Counted from the first letter of the stretch, positions 7,899 to 17,681 are shown. The stretch is 64,000 bases of DNA from Candidatus Sungiibacteriota bacterium (GCA_016201505.1 JACQCQ010000002.1:12750-76749), one strand, 5' to 3'. The notes: generated from the sequence alone by a model not told the origin. Numbers and translations are program-made.

Positions 7899-8178
7899 CG
7901 CGGCCTGCCGGAGGCACATTTTTCGGATATAATGTTTTCGTCATTGTAAGCTGGAGTAATCGGAGCCTCACTTCTCGTCTCTGGCTTCGAGATCCTAAAA
8001 ATGAATGCTACATTCATTTTGTCATCCTCGCGCCGGAGTAACTCAGCCTGCCCCGTTACCGCCACCTTAGCTCCCTCCTTAGCTCAAATTTATTTTGAGC
8101 TTCAGAAGGGCGAGATTACCCCAAACGAGGGCAGGCTTGCACTTCCGCAGCTTCGATGAGAGTCGAAGCAGAGAGGTT

Positions 8179-8251
8179 GCCACCTTAGCTCAGCTGGTAG
8201 AGCAGCACTTTCGTAAAGTGAAGGTCCCGAGTTCGAATCTCGGAGGTGGCT
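8179..8251 (+). tRNA. tRNA-Thr(CGT)
   Basis: Acceptor GCCACCT/AGGTGGC, D arm AGCTCAGCTGGTAGAGC, anticodon loop TTCGTAA, T arm CCGAG-TTCGAAT-CTCGG. Confidence 0.95.
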
Positions 8252-8268
8252 CTGATAGAATAAGATGA

Positions 8269-8337
8269 ATGGCTGACATTCCCGCACGTCTTAAAAAAAC
8301 AAAAACTAATATCCGCGTGCTCGCGGAACGTCTTTGA
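8269..8337 (+). pseudogene. Abandoned duplicate prfB 5' segment ending at a CTT-TGA-C frameshift site
   Basis: Reads MADIPARLKKTKTNIRVLAERL*; 8312-8339 is identical to 8679-8706 of the live prfB. Confidence 0.85.
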
Positions 8338-8624
8338 CCCCGCCCCTTGAGATTTATTATGTATGATATGTATGTGCTCGGTATGAGTAATGGACAATTT
8401 TATGCCGGCTTTGCATCAGACTTAAAAAAGCGAGTTGCAGAACATAAACATGGTAAAGTTTCTACAACAAAAAAATATCTCCCAGTTTCGCTGATATTTA
8501 TGAATGCTATCTTTCCGAGCGAGATGCAAAACATAGAGAATATATGCTAAAGAAATTTGGCAGTACGTATTCTCACCTCAAGAAACGTATTAAAGATAGC
8601 ATTCAGAAATCTCAAGGGCGGGGT
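8338..8624. mobile_element. IR-bounded GIY-YIG insertion element
   Basis: Left CCCCGCCCCTTGAGATTT (8338-8355), right AAATCTCAAGGGCGGGG (8607-8623); (T)TTGA repeated on both sides. Confidence 0.8.
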
Positions 8625-8633
8625 TTGACCTAA
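8359..8633 (+). pseudogene. Frameshifted GIY-YIG nuclease
   Basis: MYDMYVL..FYAGF..DLKKRV.EHKHG..TTKKYLPV.LIF, then a 1-nt deletion near 8498; the other frame continues YECYLSERDAKHREYMLK...*. Confidence 0.8.
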
Positions 8634-8635
8634 AT

Positions 8636-9749
8636 ATGAATGATATACAACAAAGGTTGAATATTGTACGAGATAAGGTCCGCGTGCTCGCGGAACGTCT
8701 TTGACCTGCGCCAACTTCGCGAGGACATTTTAAAATACGAGTCTGAATTATCAGCGTCGCATATTTGGCAGAATGATCCCGAACGGGCGAAAGAGTTGGG
8801 ATCGCAAATAGCCAATAGCAAAAAAGAAATCGCGCGCTGGGAACATATCACGGGCGAGGCCGCGACGCTTGAGGAACTCTGGGCCATCGCCGGAGCCAGT
8901 CCCGATTCCGGGTTTCTCCGCGAATTTGATGAGCGGCTCTTTATGCTTGAGCAGAGTCTCCGGGCAGTCGAAATTGAATATTTATTTAGCGGAAAATATG
9001 ATAAAGGCTCGGCGCTGGTTTCGATTTATTCCGGCGCCGGAGGCAAAGACGCCGAAGATTGGGCGGCGATGCTGGCGCGCATGTACGAGCGCTACGCTGA
9101 ACGCCTGGGCTGGAAGGTGATCCGCGTCCACGAACATAACGGCGAGTACCACGGCCCGTCGGGCTGGGGGATTAAAAACGTAACACTCGATATAAAAGGC
9201 GACTTTGCTTATGGCTATTTAAAACATGAGCGCGGCGTGCATCGGCTGGTGCGCATCTCGCCGTTTTCATCGCAGTCACTGCGGCACACCTCATTTGCGC
9301 TGGTTGAAGCCCTGCCCGAGATGATTGAGCCGGAAGAAATCGAAATCAAACCCGAAGAAATTACCTTTGATTTTTTCCGCGCGTCAGGTCCGGGCGGCCA
9401 AAATGTAAATAAACGTGAGACGGCGGTGCGCGTGATTCATAATCCGACCGGCATACAGGCAACGGCTCAAAGCGAACGGACGCAGGAACGAAATCGTGAG
9501 ACGGCCATGCAGCACTTGCGGGCCAAGTTGTACCAAAAAAAGTTAGCCGAGATCGAGGCCGAACGGCGCGGCATCCGCGGCGAGCAGGTATCGGTTGAAT
9601 GGGGTTCGCAAATTCGCTCGTATGTCCTGCATCCATACCGGCTCGTCAAAGACCATCGCACCAATTACGAAACCTCGGATGTTGAGGGGGTACTCGACGG
9701 TGATCTAGACGCGCTGGTTGAGGCTTCGATTCGAAGAGTAATGCCGTAG
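8636..9749 (+). CDS. prfB: Peptide chain release factor 2 with programmed +1 frameshift at CTT-TGA-C (8699-8705)
   Basis: First segment MNDIQQRLNIVRDKVRVLAERL, then the +1 frame DLRQLRED...; SPF and GGQ motifs. Confidence 0.96.
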
Positions 9750-9811
9750 TTTGGTTCCCCGCGGCAGGCTTGGTATAATGCTACCAGTGCAGGATACTGC
9801 AGGGTCCGCTT

Positions 9812-10492
9812 ATGATTTTTCTTGATAATGTCTCAAAAATTTATTCTGAAACAGCAACTGCCTTAAAAGGAATTACCCTGCGCATTAAGCCTAAAGAGTT
9901 TGTTTCGCTGGTCGGCCCTTCCGGCTCCGGCAAGACGACCCTGTTTAAGCTTTTAATTCGCGAGGAGGATCCCTCGGAGGGGAAGATTTTTTTTGAGGAT
10001 GTCGATATTACGGGTATGGCGGCGAAAGACTTGCCCTATTTGCGCCGCCGCGTCGGCCGCGTATTCCAGGACTATCGGCTGCTGCCCATGAAAAATACTT
10101 TTGAAAATGTGGCCTTTGCCATGGAGGCGGCAGGCAAAACGAAAGAAGAGATCGAGCATGACGTGCCGCAAGTCTTGGAACTTGTCGGCCTCGCGGACAA
10201 GTCGAATAATTTTCCGCATGAATTGTCGGGCGGCGAGTCGCAACGGGTTGCCATTGCGCGGGCTTTAGTCAATCGTCCCGATGTGATTCTGGCCGATGAG
10301 CCGACGGGAAATTTGGATCCCACCAATACCTGGGATATCATCAGGCTGCTTGAAAAAATTAATGAACTTGGAACCACAGTCATGCTCGCCACGCATGATA
10401 AGGAAGTCATCGATTCATTGGGCCGCCGCGTCGTGGCGCTTGAGAAGGGCGAGGTCATTCGTGACGAGAAGAAAGGCAAATACGAGGAATAA
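9812..10492 (+). CDS. ftsE: Cell division ATP-binding protein FtsE
   Basis: GPSGSGKTT, VFQDYRLL, LSGGE, ADEPTGNLD; between prfB and ftsX. Confidence 0.95.
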   Translation: MIFLDNVSKIYSETATALKGITLRIKPKEFVSLVGPSGSGKTTLFKLLIREEDPSEGKIFFEDVDITGMAAKDLPYLRRRVGRVFQDYRLLPMKNTFENVAFAMEAAGKTKEEIEHDVPQVLELVGLADKSNNFPHELSGGESQRVAIARALVNRPDVILADEPTGNLDPTNTWDIIRLLEKINELGTTVMLATHDKEVIDSLGRRVVALEKGEVIRDEKKGKYEE

Positions 10493-10500
10493 TTATTTGC

Positions 10501-11412
10501 ATGAAATTATCCGAACTTATTCGCAGAATCAGTCTGTCAGCCGCCTTGTCCTTTTGGCGGAACGGGCTTCTTTCGACGGCGACAGTCTTGGTCATGGTGC
10601 TGGCACTTTTTGTCATCGGCGGCCTTCTGCTTTCCTCCGTTTTGATGAATTCAGTGCTGGATAGTCTGCAAAATAAAATTGATGTCTCGGTGTATTTCCT
10701 GCCAAATACGCCCGAGGATTTAATTTTGGGACTGAAATCTGAATTTCTTAAAATTCCGAATGTAAAAAATATTTTGTATGTCTCTCAAGCCGAAGCCTTA
10801 GAAAACTTTAAGACCAAAAATCAGGCTAACCCGACCATCGCTGAATCTTTAAAGGAACTGGATACGAATCCTCTTGAAGGTTCCTTAAATATTACCGCTC
10901 TCGATCCAACAAAATTTTCTGACATCTCCTCAATCATCGAAGCGCGGAAGGAGCAATCGATTGATAAGATCAATTTTCATGAAAATCAGTCAGCCATTGC
11001 GAGATTAACTGAAATTATGAATGGTTCGCGAAGCGCCGGTGCGGTGCTCGCCGTCGTTCTCATAATTGTCGCAGTGACGGTTACATATAATACGGTGCGC
11101 CTCGCCATCTTTACGGCCAAAGACGAAATTTCCATCATGCGGCTCGTTGGTGCGACCGCCTGGTATGTCCGATTACCCTTTCTATTGGAAGGCGTCATTG
11201 ACGGGGTGATTTCAGCTATTATCACGACATTCGTTTTCCTGCCGATTGTTTCGATTCTCTCGCCTAAAATCAGTTCGTTTACCGGCGGCATAGATTTATG
11301 GGCTTATTTTGGCTCGCATTTTTTTGAATTCTTTTTCATTCTCTTATTTATCGGCGTAGGGCTGGGGATTATCTCGGCTTTTCTGGCCACCCGCAAATAC
11401 TTGAAAGTTTAG
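10501..11412 (+). CDS. ftsX: Cell division permease FtsX
   Basis: TM, extracellular loop, then 3 TM; EISIMRLVGAT.WYVRLPFLLEG. Confidence 0.93.
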   Translation: MKLSELIRRISLSAALSFWRNGLLSTATVLVMVLALFVIGGLLLSSVLMNSVLDSLQNKIDVSVYFLPNTPEDLILGLKSEFLKIPNVKNILYVSQAEALENFKTKNQANPTIAESLKELDTNPLEGSLNITALDPTKFSDISSIIEARKEQSIDKINFHENQSAIARLTEIMNGSRSAGAVLAVVLIIVAVTVTYNTVRLAIFTAKDEISIMRLVGATAWYVRLPFLLEGVIDGVISAIITTFVFLPIVSILSPKISSFTGGIDLWAYFGSHFFEFFFILLFIGVGLGIISAFLATRKYLKV

Positions 11413-11527
11413 ACATCTCGTCTATACTACGGTCAATTTCGTTCATACCAGTTCGGTTCTTTTATAGCGAACTCAATACTCGTTGTTTCCATCTTTAACA
11501 TGCGGAGAAGGTCCGCAAGAGGTCATC

Positions 11528-11872
11528 ATGGCGATACGAGTTAGGACGATCGAGTTCTACGGCACAACGGATGCAACTTTCACGGAGGAAGACTGCGAAG
11601 CATCGCTCTTTCGTCCCCACTACGCGCGCATCGAGGGTGGGGACGACGACCCGAAAGCAGTACTCGAGAAAGAGTTGAGATCTCGCCGGGAGATCGAGGA
11701 GGCCATTCTCGAGCCCCAGCGCCGGGCGAGGAAGAGGGCGGGTCAAGATATCAGCCGGGATCTGAATCTGGTTTACACCGCGCTGATCCCGATCTGCCAG
11801 GAGCGGTGGAAGGTGACGGAGGGCGAGTCGCTGGACGTCAGGTACCGCATTCGCATCTCGCGACCGCTCTAG
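11528..11872 (+). CDS. Hypothetical protein
   Basis: GC-rich ORF with SD-like GAGGT and its own terminator hairpin (11888-11920). Confidence 0.55.
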   Translation: MAIRVRTIEFYGTTDATFTEEDCEASLFRPHYARIEGGDDDPKAVLEKELRSRREIEEAILEPQRRARKRAGQDISRDLNLVYTALIPICQERWKVTEGESLDVRYRIRISRPL

Positions 11873-11929
11873 AGTGCGTGCGCCCACGGGCGCGGCCGTC
11901 CATCGGCCGCGCCCCGTTTTATTATTTGA

Positions 11930-12024
11930 TCCCGTTAGAAAATCCCGTAACTTAAAAAAAGTTGTGGCTTGAATAATTTTAAATCTGGCGCTGGATAATG
12001 GCTCGTGTTAATTTTCTATCGGGA
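11930..12024. mobile_element. ~95-bp MITE-like IR element
   Basis: TCCCGTTAGAAAAT...ATTTTCTATCGGGA flanked by the TTGA direct repeat (11926-11929 and 12025-12028). Confidence 0.75.
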
Positions 12025-12238
12025 TTGAAATATCACTTAAAAATCGGCATTATAGACAAAGTTTTCTTATTATCAGGCAGACCGTAGGTCTACCATAAGA
12101 AAACCTTAAGCGAAGAATCTCTTTTCAAAACACTCAATTTGCGAGCGACCATGGTGTCATAGACGAGCGAGCAAATTGGTGAGAGAGTTTTATCGGTGGG
12201 AAAACGAACTATTTTGAAAAGACGGTTCGAGCAGACAA

Positions 12239-12309
12239 TGCGGGATCGGCTAACGGCAGGCCACGAGACTCTGAATCTCGGTATCTTGGTTCGAATCCAA
12301 GTCCCGCAG
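12239..12309 (+). tRNA. tRNA-Gln(CTG)
   Basis: Acceptor TGCGGGA/TCCCGCA, anticodon arm CGAGA-CTCTGAA-TCTCG, T arm CTTGG-TTCGAAT-CCAAG. Confidence 0.95.
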
Positions 12310-12712
12310 CCCTTCGACAAGCTCAGGGCCTTTGCCATAATAGGCTCATGAGTTGGAATGTTTACATTCTTCTTTGCGATCAGAAAACTTTTTATGTTGG
12401 TCTAACAGATAATATTGAAAGACGAGTGAACCAGCATAATCGGAAAGAGTCATTTTTCACTAAAAAGTTTTCTGATGTAAGGCTGGTGTATCAAGAAGAA
12501 TATAGAAACAGAGCCACGGCTGAAAAAAGAGAACTGCAGCTCAAGAAGTGGAGTATCGCAAAGAAGAAAGCTCTCATTATTGGAGATAAGGAATTGCTAA
12601 AGAAATTAAGCAAAAGCCGTGAGGTTGACGATATGCTGGGGTAGTAAAGATAATGGTGAGCAGTTCGACAAGCTCACTGTTGAACGTGTCGAATCCATCC
12701 AAGTCCCGCAGC
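12295..12712. mobile_element. GIY-YIG mini-island at the tRNA-Gln 3' end
   Basis: ATCCAAGTCCCGCAGC at 12295-12310 is repeated at 12697-12712; TTCGACAAGCTCA palindromic units near both ends. Confidence 0.75.
12348..12644 (+). CDS. Small stand-alone GIY-YIG nuclease
   Basis: MSWNVYIL..FYVGLTDNIERRVNQHN...FTKK...LVYQE....A.KRE.QLKKWS.AKK.ALI. Confidence 0.92.
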   Translation: MSWNVYILLCDQKTFYVGLTDNIERRVNQHNRKESFFTKKFSDVRLVYQEEYRNRATAEKRELQLKKWSIAKKKALIIGDKELLKKLSKSREVDDMLG

Positions 12713-12897
12713 TATCCTTCATTAAAGCTACGGAATAGCAGGCCATCTTTCGCCAAGGTCCACTACGCCTCCAGAGCTGCAAGCAACGGAGCGTTACAGA
12801 ATGGCATGCCCCCAGTTGAGGAAATTTGGAGTCAGGCTTTAGGGGCTAAAGCCTGAATGCGGTTGCTATTTAGCCCTGAATGCGATAAAAACAAGTC

Positions 12898-13158
12898 ATG
12901 GCTAAAAAACTATTTGTAGGAGGGCTGTCGTACGACACAACCGACAGCTCGTTGCGGGAAGCCTTCTCGAAGGCCGGAACGGTTGAGTCGGCAGCAGTCA
13001 TTACCGATAAAATGTCCGGTCGGTCCAAGGGATTTGGTTTTGTCGAAATGTCATCGGAAGATGAAGCGGCAAACGCCATTTCAACGCTAAACGGCAAAAA
13101 TCTGGACGGGCGTGCGATTACGGTAAACGAGGCGAGGCCGCAGGAACCAAGACGCTAA
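12898..13158 (+). CDS. RRM (RNP-1) RNA-binding protein
   Basis: KLFVGGL (RNP2) and KGFGFVEM (RNP1). Confidence 0.95.
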   Translation: MAKKLFVGGLSYDTTDSSLREAFSKAGTVESAAVITDKMSGRSKGFGFVEMSSEDEAANAISTLNGKNLDGRAITVNEARPQEPRR

Positions 13159-13165
13159 GGCATAG

Positions 13166-13210
13166 CAAAATGAAAACCACCCGACGTGACGTCGGGGGGT
13201 TTTCATTTTG
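13166..13210. terminator. Hairpin terminator
   Basis: caaaatgaaaacc-a-cccgac-gtgac-gtcggg-g-ggttttcattttg. Confidence 0.7.
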
Positions 13211-13300
13211 CGCACCCATTCATCTTTTGAGGAGAAGGCCGTCGTTCTTTTGCGAAAGATCAGCGCTTCGGGTATGGTAGAAAAAATTAGAGACAGTTGT

Positions 13301-14389
13301 ATGAGAAAAACTCTGCCCGTCAGAACGTGGATTGAACTCGACAAAAAGGCCCTGCTCGCCAATTTTAATTTTTTTGCCTCACGGGCACGGGGCATGGAAA
13401 TTATGGCGGTGATTAAATCAAACGCCTACGGACATGGCCTGGTTACGGTCGCTCGATGCATCTCGGGAAAATCAAAAAAAATCTGGCTCGGTGTTGATTC
13501 GATTACCGAAGCTTTGGCATTGCGCCGTGAAAAAATAAAAAATCCGATTTTGGTTTTAGGCTATACCCTGCCGAATCGCATGAAAGAGGCGCGCCAAAAT
13601 AACGTTTCGATAACCATTTCTAATTTTGAAAGCCTGAAGGCGCTCGAAACCTTAAAAGCCAAGCCGGCCTTTCATATTAAAATCGAAACCGGCATGAATC
13701 GACTCGGATTTAAAAAGGCAGACTGGCCAAAATTAATTTCCCGGCTGCAAAAATCAAACCTGACGCCCGATGGGATCTATTCGCATCTGGCCGAGGCCAC
13801 GGATAGAAAATATTCAAAAAAACAAATCGAGTGTTTTCGCGAGGCGATTTTAAGTTTTAAAAACTCCGGCATCAGGCCAAAATTCGCGCACATCTTAAAA
13901 ACTGAAGGCATACTTAATTTCCCCAGTGTCGGGAGCATGGTGCGTATTGGCATCGGTCTTTATGGCTACATTCCCTCGCGGCTTAAAAATCTAAAGCCGG
14001 TGATGACCTGGAAAACGATGGTGGCGGAGGTAAAAAATGTGAGACAGGGTGAGCTCATCGGTTATGGCTTGACGGAAAAGTTTCGCCGCGATTCCCGCGT
14101 TGCGGTACTGCCCATCGGCTACTGGCATGGGTATGATCGGGGGTTGTCATCTATTGGCGAAGTCTTAATTCACGGTCAACGCGTAAAAGTTATGGGACGC
14201 GTCTCGATGGACATGACCGTGGTGGATATAACGAATATTCAAAACGTTAAAGTGGGCGATGAAGCGGTACTTCTCGGCCGGCAGGGGAATGATTATATTT
14301 CGGGTGATGAAATTGCCGACAAGATCGGAACAATCGTCTACGAAGTCATTACGCGCATTAATCCGCTGATTTATAAGGTTGTCGTATAA
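13301..14389 (+). CDS. alr: Alanine racemase
   Basis: AVIKSNAYGHG (PLP lysine), HIKIETGMNRLG, GRVSMD; start placed at the ATG at 13301. Confidence 0.95.
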   Translation: MRKTLPVRTWIELDKKALLANFNFFASRARGMEIMAVIKSNAYGHGLVTVARCISGKSKKIWLGVDSITEALALRREKIKNPILVLGYTLPNRMKEARQNNVSITISNFESLKALETLKAKPAFHIKIETGMNRLGFKKADWPKLISRLQKSNLTPDGIYSHLAEATDRKYSKKQIECFREAILSFKNSGIRPKFAHILKTEGILNFPSVGSMVRIGIGLYGYIPSRLKNLKPVMTWKTMVAEVKNVRQGELIGYGLTEKFRRDSRVAVLPIGYWHGYDRGLSSIGEVLIHGQRVKVMGRVSMDMTVVDITNIQNVKVGDEAVLLGRQGNDYISGDEIADKIGTIVYEVITRINPLIYKVVV

Positions 14390-14404
14390 TTTATTTATTT
14401 AACT

Positions 14405-14965
14405 ATGGCTAAGACTATCCAACGAGTGGCCTTCGGCGGCGGATGCTTCTGGTGCACCGAAGCCGTCTTTCTTGAATTGAAGGGTGTCGCGAATGTCACA
14501 CCCGGCTATGCCGGAGGAGCTCTATCGGCTGACGGAAAGAATCCGACCTACGGGCAAGTCTCGTCCGGAAAAACCGGACACGCCGAGGTCATTTTAATTG
14601 AATATGATCCATCAATTATCTCGTTTCAAACATTACTCGACGTCTTTTTTATTTCGCATGATCCAACGACTCTCAATCGGCAGGGAAATGATGTGGGAAC
14701 ACAGTATCGGTCTGTTATTTTGTTTTCGACCGATGATCAAAAGAAAGAGGCCGAAGCCAGTATCGCGGATCTCGCCGGTGAGAAAAAATACTCTCGCGCG
14801 ATCGTAACCGAAGTGGTGCCGCTCGGCGCGTTTTATCCGGCGGAGGAGTATCACCGAGAGTACTACCAGCGCCATCCCACCGAAGGTTACTCTCAATACG
14901 TCATCGAGCCCAAGATGCAAAAATTAAAAAAGGAACGGCCCGATCTTTTAAAATCAAATGTCTAG
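14405..14965 (+). CDS. msrA: Peptide methionine sulfoxide reductase A
   Basis: FGGGCFWCTEA, GHAEV, NRQGNDVGTQYRS, FYPAEEYH. Confidence 0.96.
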   Translation: MAKTIQRVAFGGGCFWCTEAVFLELKGVANVTPGYAGGALSADGKNPTYGQVSSGKTGHAEVILIEYDPSIISFQTLLDVFFISHDPTTLNRQGNDVGTQYRSVILFSTDDQKKEAEASIADLAGEKKYSRAIVTEVVPLGAFYPAEEYHREYYQRHPTEGYSQYVIEPKMQKLKKERPDLLKSNV

Positions 14966-15575
14966 GCGGGCGTTTTATTGGCTGTTAATCGTTCTCCTGA
15001 CTGCCGCGGGATATTGGTTTTTTACGCGGCGGCACTTTATGGCGGATCGTCCAACGCGCGGCGGGACCATTGTGGCGTTTGGCGACAGTTTAACGGAGGG
15101 CGTTGGCGCAACTAGCGGCCATGACTACGTTTCGGTTCTTGCGCGGCGGATTGGCATGCCGATTATCAATGCCGGGAGATCGGGAGACACCACCGCCACT
15201 GCTCTCGGTCGGCTTGAGTCCGATGTGCTGGATAAAAATCCCAAAATCGTCATTTTATTTCTGGGCGGGAACGACGCCATTCGGTCGCGTCCGGTGGCGG
15301 AAACGTTCGCCAATCTAAAAGACATGATAGAAATGATACATAGGCACGGCTCGGCGGTGATGCTCATTGGTATTCATGTCGGCCTTTCAGCCTCGACCTA
15401 CGACACAAATTTTGCCGATCTTGCCGAGCGCGAAAAAACCAGTTTTGTGCCCAATATTTTAGGCGGCATTTTAGGCCATGACAATTTGATGTCTGACGGC
15501 ATCCATCCCGATGACCAAGGCTACCGCATCGTAGCCGATCGTATCGAGCCGATCTTGATGGAAATGCTGAAATAA
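14958..15575 (+). CDS. SGNH/GDSL hydrolase (TesA/arylesterase-like), membrane-anchored
   Basis: FGDSLT, NAG.SGDTT, LGGND, DGIHP. Confidence 0.9.
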   Translation: MSRRAFYWLLIVLLTAAGYWFFTRRHFMADRPTRGGTIVAFGDSLTEGVGATSGHDYVSVLARRIGMPIINAGRSGDTTATALGRLESDVLDKNPKIVILFLGGNDAIRSRPVAETFANLKDMIEMIHRHGSAVMLIGIHVGLSASTYDTNFADLAEREKTSFVPNILGGILGHDNLMSDGIHPDDQGYRIVADRIEPILMEMLK

Positions 15576-15646
15576 ATTTTAATACAGCTTGTAGTATTGT
15601 TCGAGTCTCACGTAGGATAGAATAAAAATCTAATACATTACGAGTC

Positions 15647-16150
15647 ATGCAAAAAGGAGTTATCAGCGTCATCGCACTGATCATTTTAATTGGTGGGGGC
15701 TATTGGTTGTTTGGCGGGGCATTGAAGACCGGATCCTCGAGTTCGGCGGGCGAGATTACTGGAGCTCGTGATATGAGCCAGCCGGGGAATAAAACCGCTG
15801 GCCAGACCCAAGCCGCCACAGAGTCCACGCCTCCGCCAACGACCGAAACACCAACGGGATCGGCCGCGGCGCGCCAGATTTCAGTGACTGTAAACGGCCA
15901 AAACTTTTCCTTTTCCCCTTCCGTGATTAACGCGAAAAAAGGCGATGTCATCACCGTCAATTTCGTAAATCAAGACGGCTTCCATGATTTGCGAATCGAT
16001 GGTTACAATGTCGGCACTAATCAAATTGCGTCAGGCGAGACCAATTCCTTCACATTCACCGCGGACAAAGCCGGAAGTTTTGAGTACTACTGCTCGGTTT
16101 CGAGTCACCGCGCCATGGGCATGAGGGGGACGCTTGTCGTGGCCGAATAA
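15647..16150 (+). CDS. Membrane-anchored cupredoxin (blue copper) domain protein
   Basis: H-D-L and YYCSVSSHRAMGM.G type-1 copper ligands. Confidence 0.85.
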   Translation: MQKGVISVIALIILIGGGYWLFGGALKTGSSSSAGEITGARDMSQPGNKTAGQTQAATESTPPPTTETPTGSAAARQISVTVNGQNFSFSPSVINAKKGDVITVNFVNQDGFHDLRIDGYNVGTNQIASGETNSFTFTADKAGSFEYYCSVSSHRAMGMRGTLVVAE

Positions 16151-16238
16151 ATTAGAGACACTTTGTGTAATCGCAGAATGTGCATCATCCCCCATTCTCT
16201 TATGAGGTAGTTCTTGGTGTGCTATATTACGAATATCT

Positions 16239-17681
16239 ATGCGGTTTCGCACCTCGCTTACGCTTTCAGTCCTCGTCACCCTGCTCGTCGTGGGCCTCGT
16301 CATCGCCTCCTCACGCGCTATTTCGCCGATTTTGATTTCGGCAGAGCGCCAAAATTTGATTTCACTTTTTCCGATTGTCCAAAACGTAATTCTTGAGACT
16401 AATTCATTCCCCAAAGAGCGCATGCAGAAAATCCGCGACATCACGGGGGTTGATGTAACACTGCTCGATGAATCAAATCACATTCAACAAACGACGCTTG
16501 ACTCGTTGCGTCTCGGGACGGTGCTCTATATTGCTTCAGGCGAAGATACGATTTTTGATGTTGTGGCGATCAACGGCGTTTCTTCATTTATCCTGACGGC
16601 GCCGCTTAAATTAAACGGCGTGCCGTTGCGGCTCGTGATTTCAAAAAAAGATGATTTACTTGGTCCCTTTCTTGATGAATTTTTAACCGCCTCGGTGTTT
16701 GTCGTGTTACTCGGTCTCGCCGGTTCGATCGCTGTCGGCGTGTATATCGCCAGCCGCGAACGTTCGGCCTCATTTGCGCTTGAGCGTTCCTATGCCGAGC
16801 GCATGGAAACGGAAGTCAGGCGCACCAGGTCTTCAACCGAGGCCGAGATTGGAAGACGCATCAAAGCCGGCGAGAATGAAAAACGAGCCTTTCGTTCGGC
16901 ACTCGGTGCTTCTGATGAGGGCATCTTTGTGATTGACGCACTCGGGAAAATTATTTTTTTCAATCCAAAAATGGAAATCCTCTCGGGTTACGAGGAAGAG
17001 GGGGTTTTGAATCACGCTTTGTCTGGCATTATTTGGCTCACCAGAAAAGGCAAAGTTGATCAATTAACCGGCCTGATTCCGCGCGTTTTGGCGACCGGCG
17101 TGCCGGAAGTCTTTCCCCGTGATACTTTGCTGAAACGAAAAGATGGCAACTACGTTCCGGTTTCGGTAAAAACGGTGCCCGTCCGGGATGATACGCGTTC
17201 CGGCATCACGCACATTGTGGTAACGGTTGCGGCACTTCCCACCGAGCCACGCGTTGTGCCCGAGGAGGGCGCGCGCGAGGAGATAACGTTGTCTTTGCCC
17301 AAGCCCTTGCTCATGCCGAGCATAGAGACGCGCGAGATGGTTGATTTACGAAAACAGCAGGCCGTGCCAGTTTACGCGGCGCCAGCCCCCGCGATGAGTC
17401 TGCTAGAATCAAAACCTGCGGTTCATCCGGTGTCTGAATACGAGGCTGGGGCCTTAGAGACCAAAACGGCGGGCGAGACAAAATTAGAAGACACTTCACT
17501 ACTGACCGATCTTGAAGAATTGGGCCAGATCGTAAAAGAAACCATCCTGCCCCGTTTAGTAAAAAAAGAACCTGAGGCTCCTCCTGCGGCGCCACCTAGA
17601 GGGGCGAGCCTCGCCGCTGGCGGGCCGTCAAGCGCCACGGGCCTCGCCGCCGGCGGGCCGCCGGCCAATCTGCCCGTCTGA
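16239..17681 (+). CDS. Membrane sensor-like protein (TM-periplasmic-TM-PAS) with a Pro-rich tail and no evident output domain
   Basis: Two TM helices; PAS segment EGIFVID..GKI.FFN..ME.LSGY...RKDG..VPV. Confidence 0.7.
   Translation: MRFRTSLTLSVLVTLLVVGLVIASSRAISPILISAERQNLISLFPIVQNVILETNSFPKERMQKIRDITGVDVTLLDESNHIQQTTLDSLRLGTVLYIASGEDTIFDVVAINGVSSFILTAPLKLNGVPLRLVISKKDDLLGPFLDEFLTASVFVVLLGLAGSIAVGVYIASRERSASFALERSYAERMETEVRRTRSSTEAEIGRRIKAGENEKRAFRSALGASDEGIFVIDALGKIIFFNPKMEILSGYEEEGVLNHALSGIIWLTRKGKVDQLTGLIPRVLATGVPEVFPRDTLLKRKDGNYVPVSVKTVPVRDDTRSGITHIVVTVAALPTEPRVVPEEGAREEITLSLPKPLLMPSIETREMVDLRKQQAVPVYAAPAPAMSLLESKPAVHPVSEYEAGALETKTAGETKLEDTSLLTDLEELGQIVKETILPRLVKKEPEAPPAAPPRGASLAAGGPSSATGLAAGGPPANLPV

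Noticed and set aside
8664-8700. ORF-track start for prfB (MYEIRSAC...)
   Set aside because: Artefact of the +1 programmed frameshift; the real start is the ATG at 8636.
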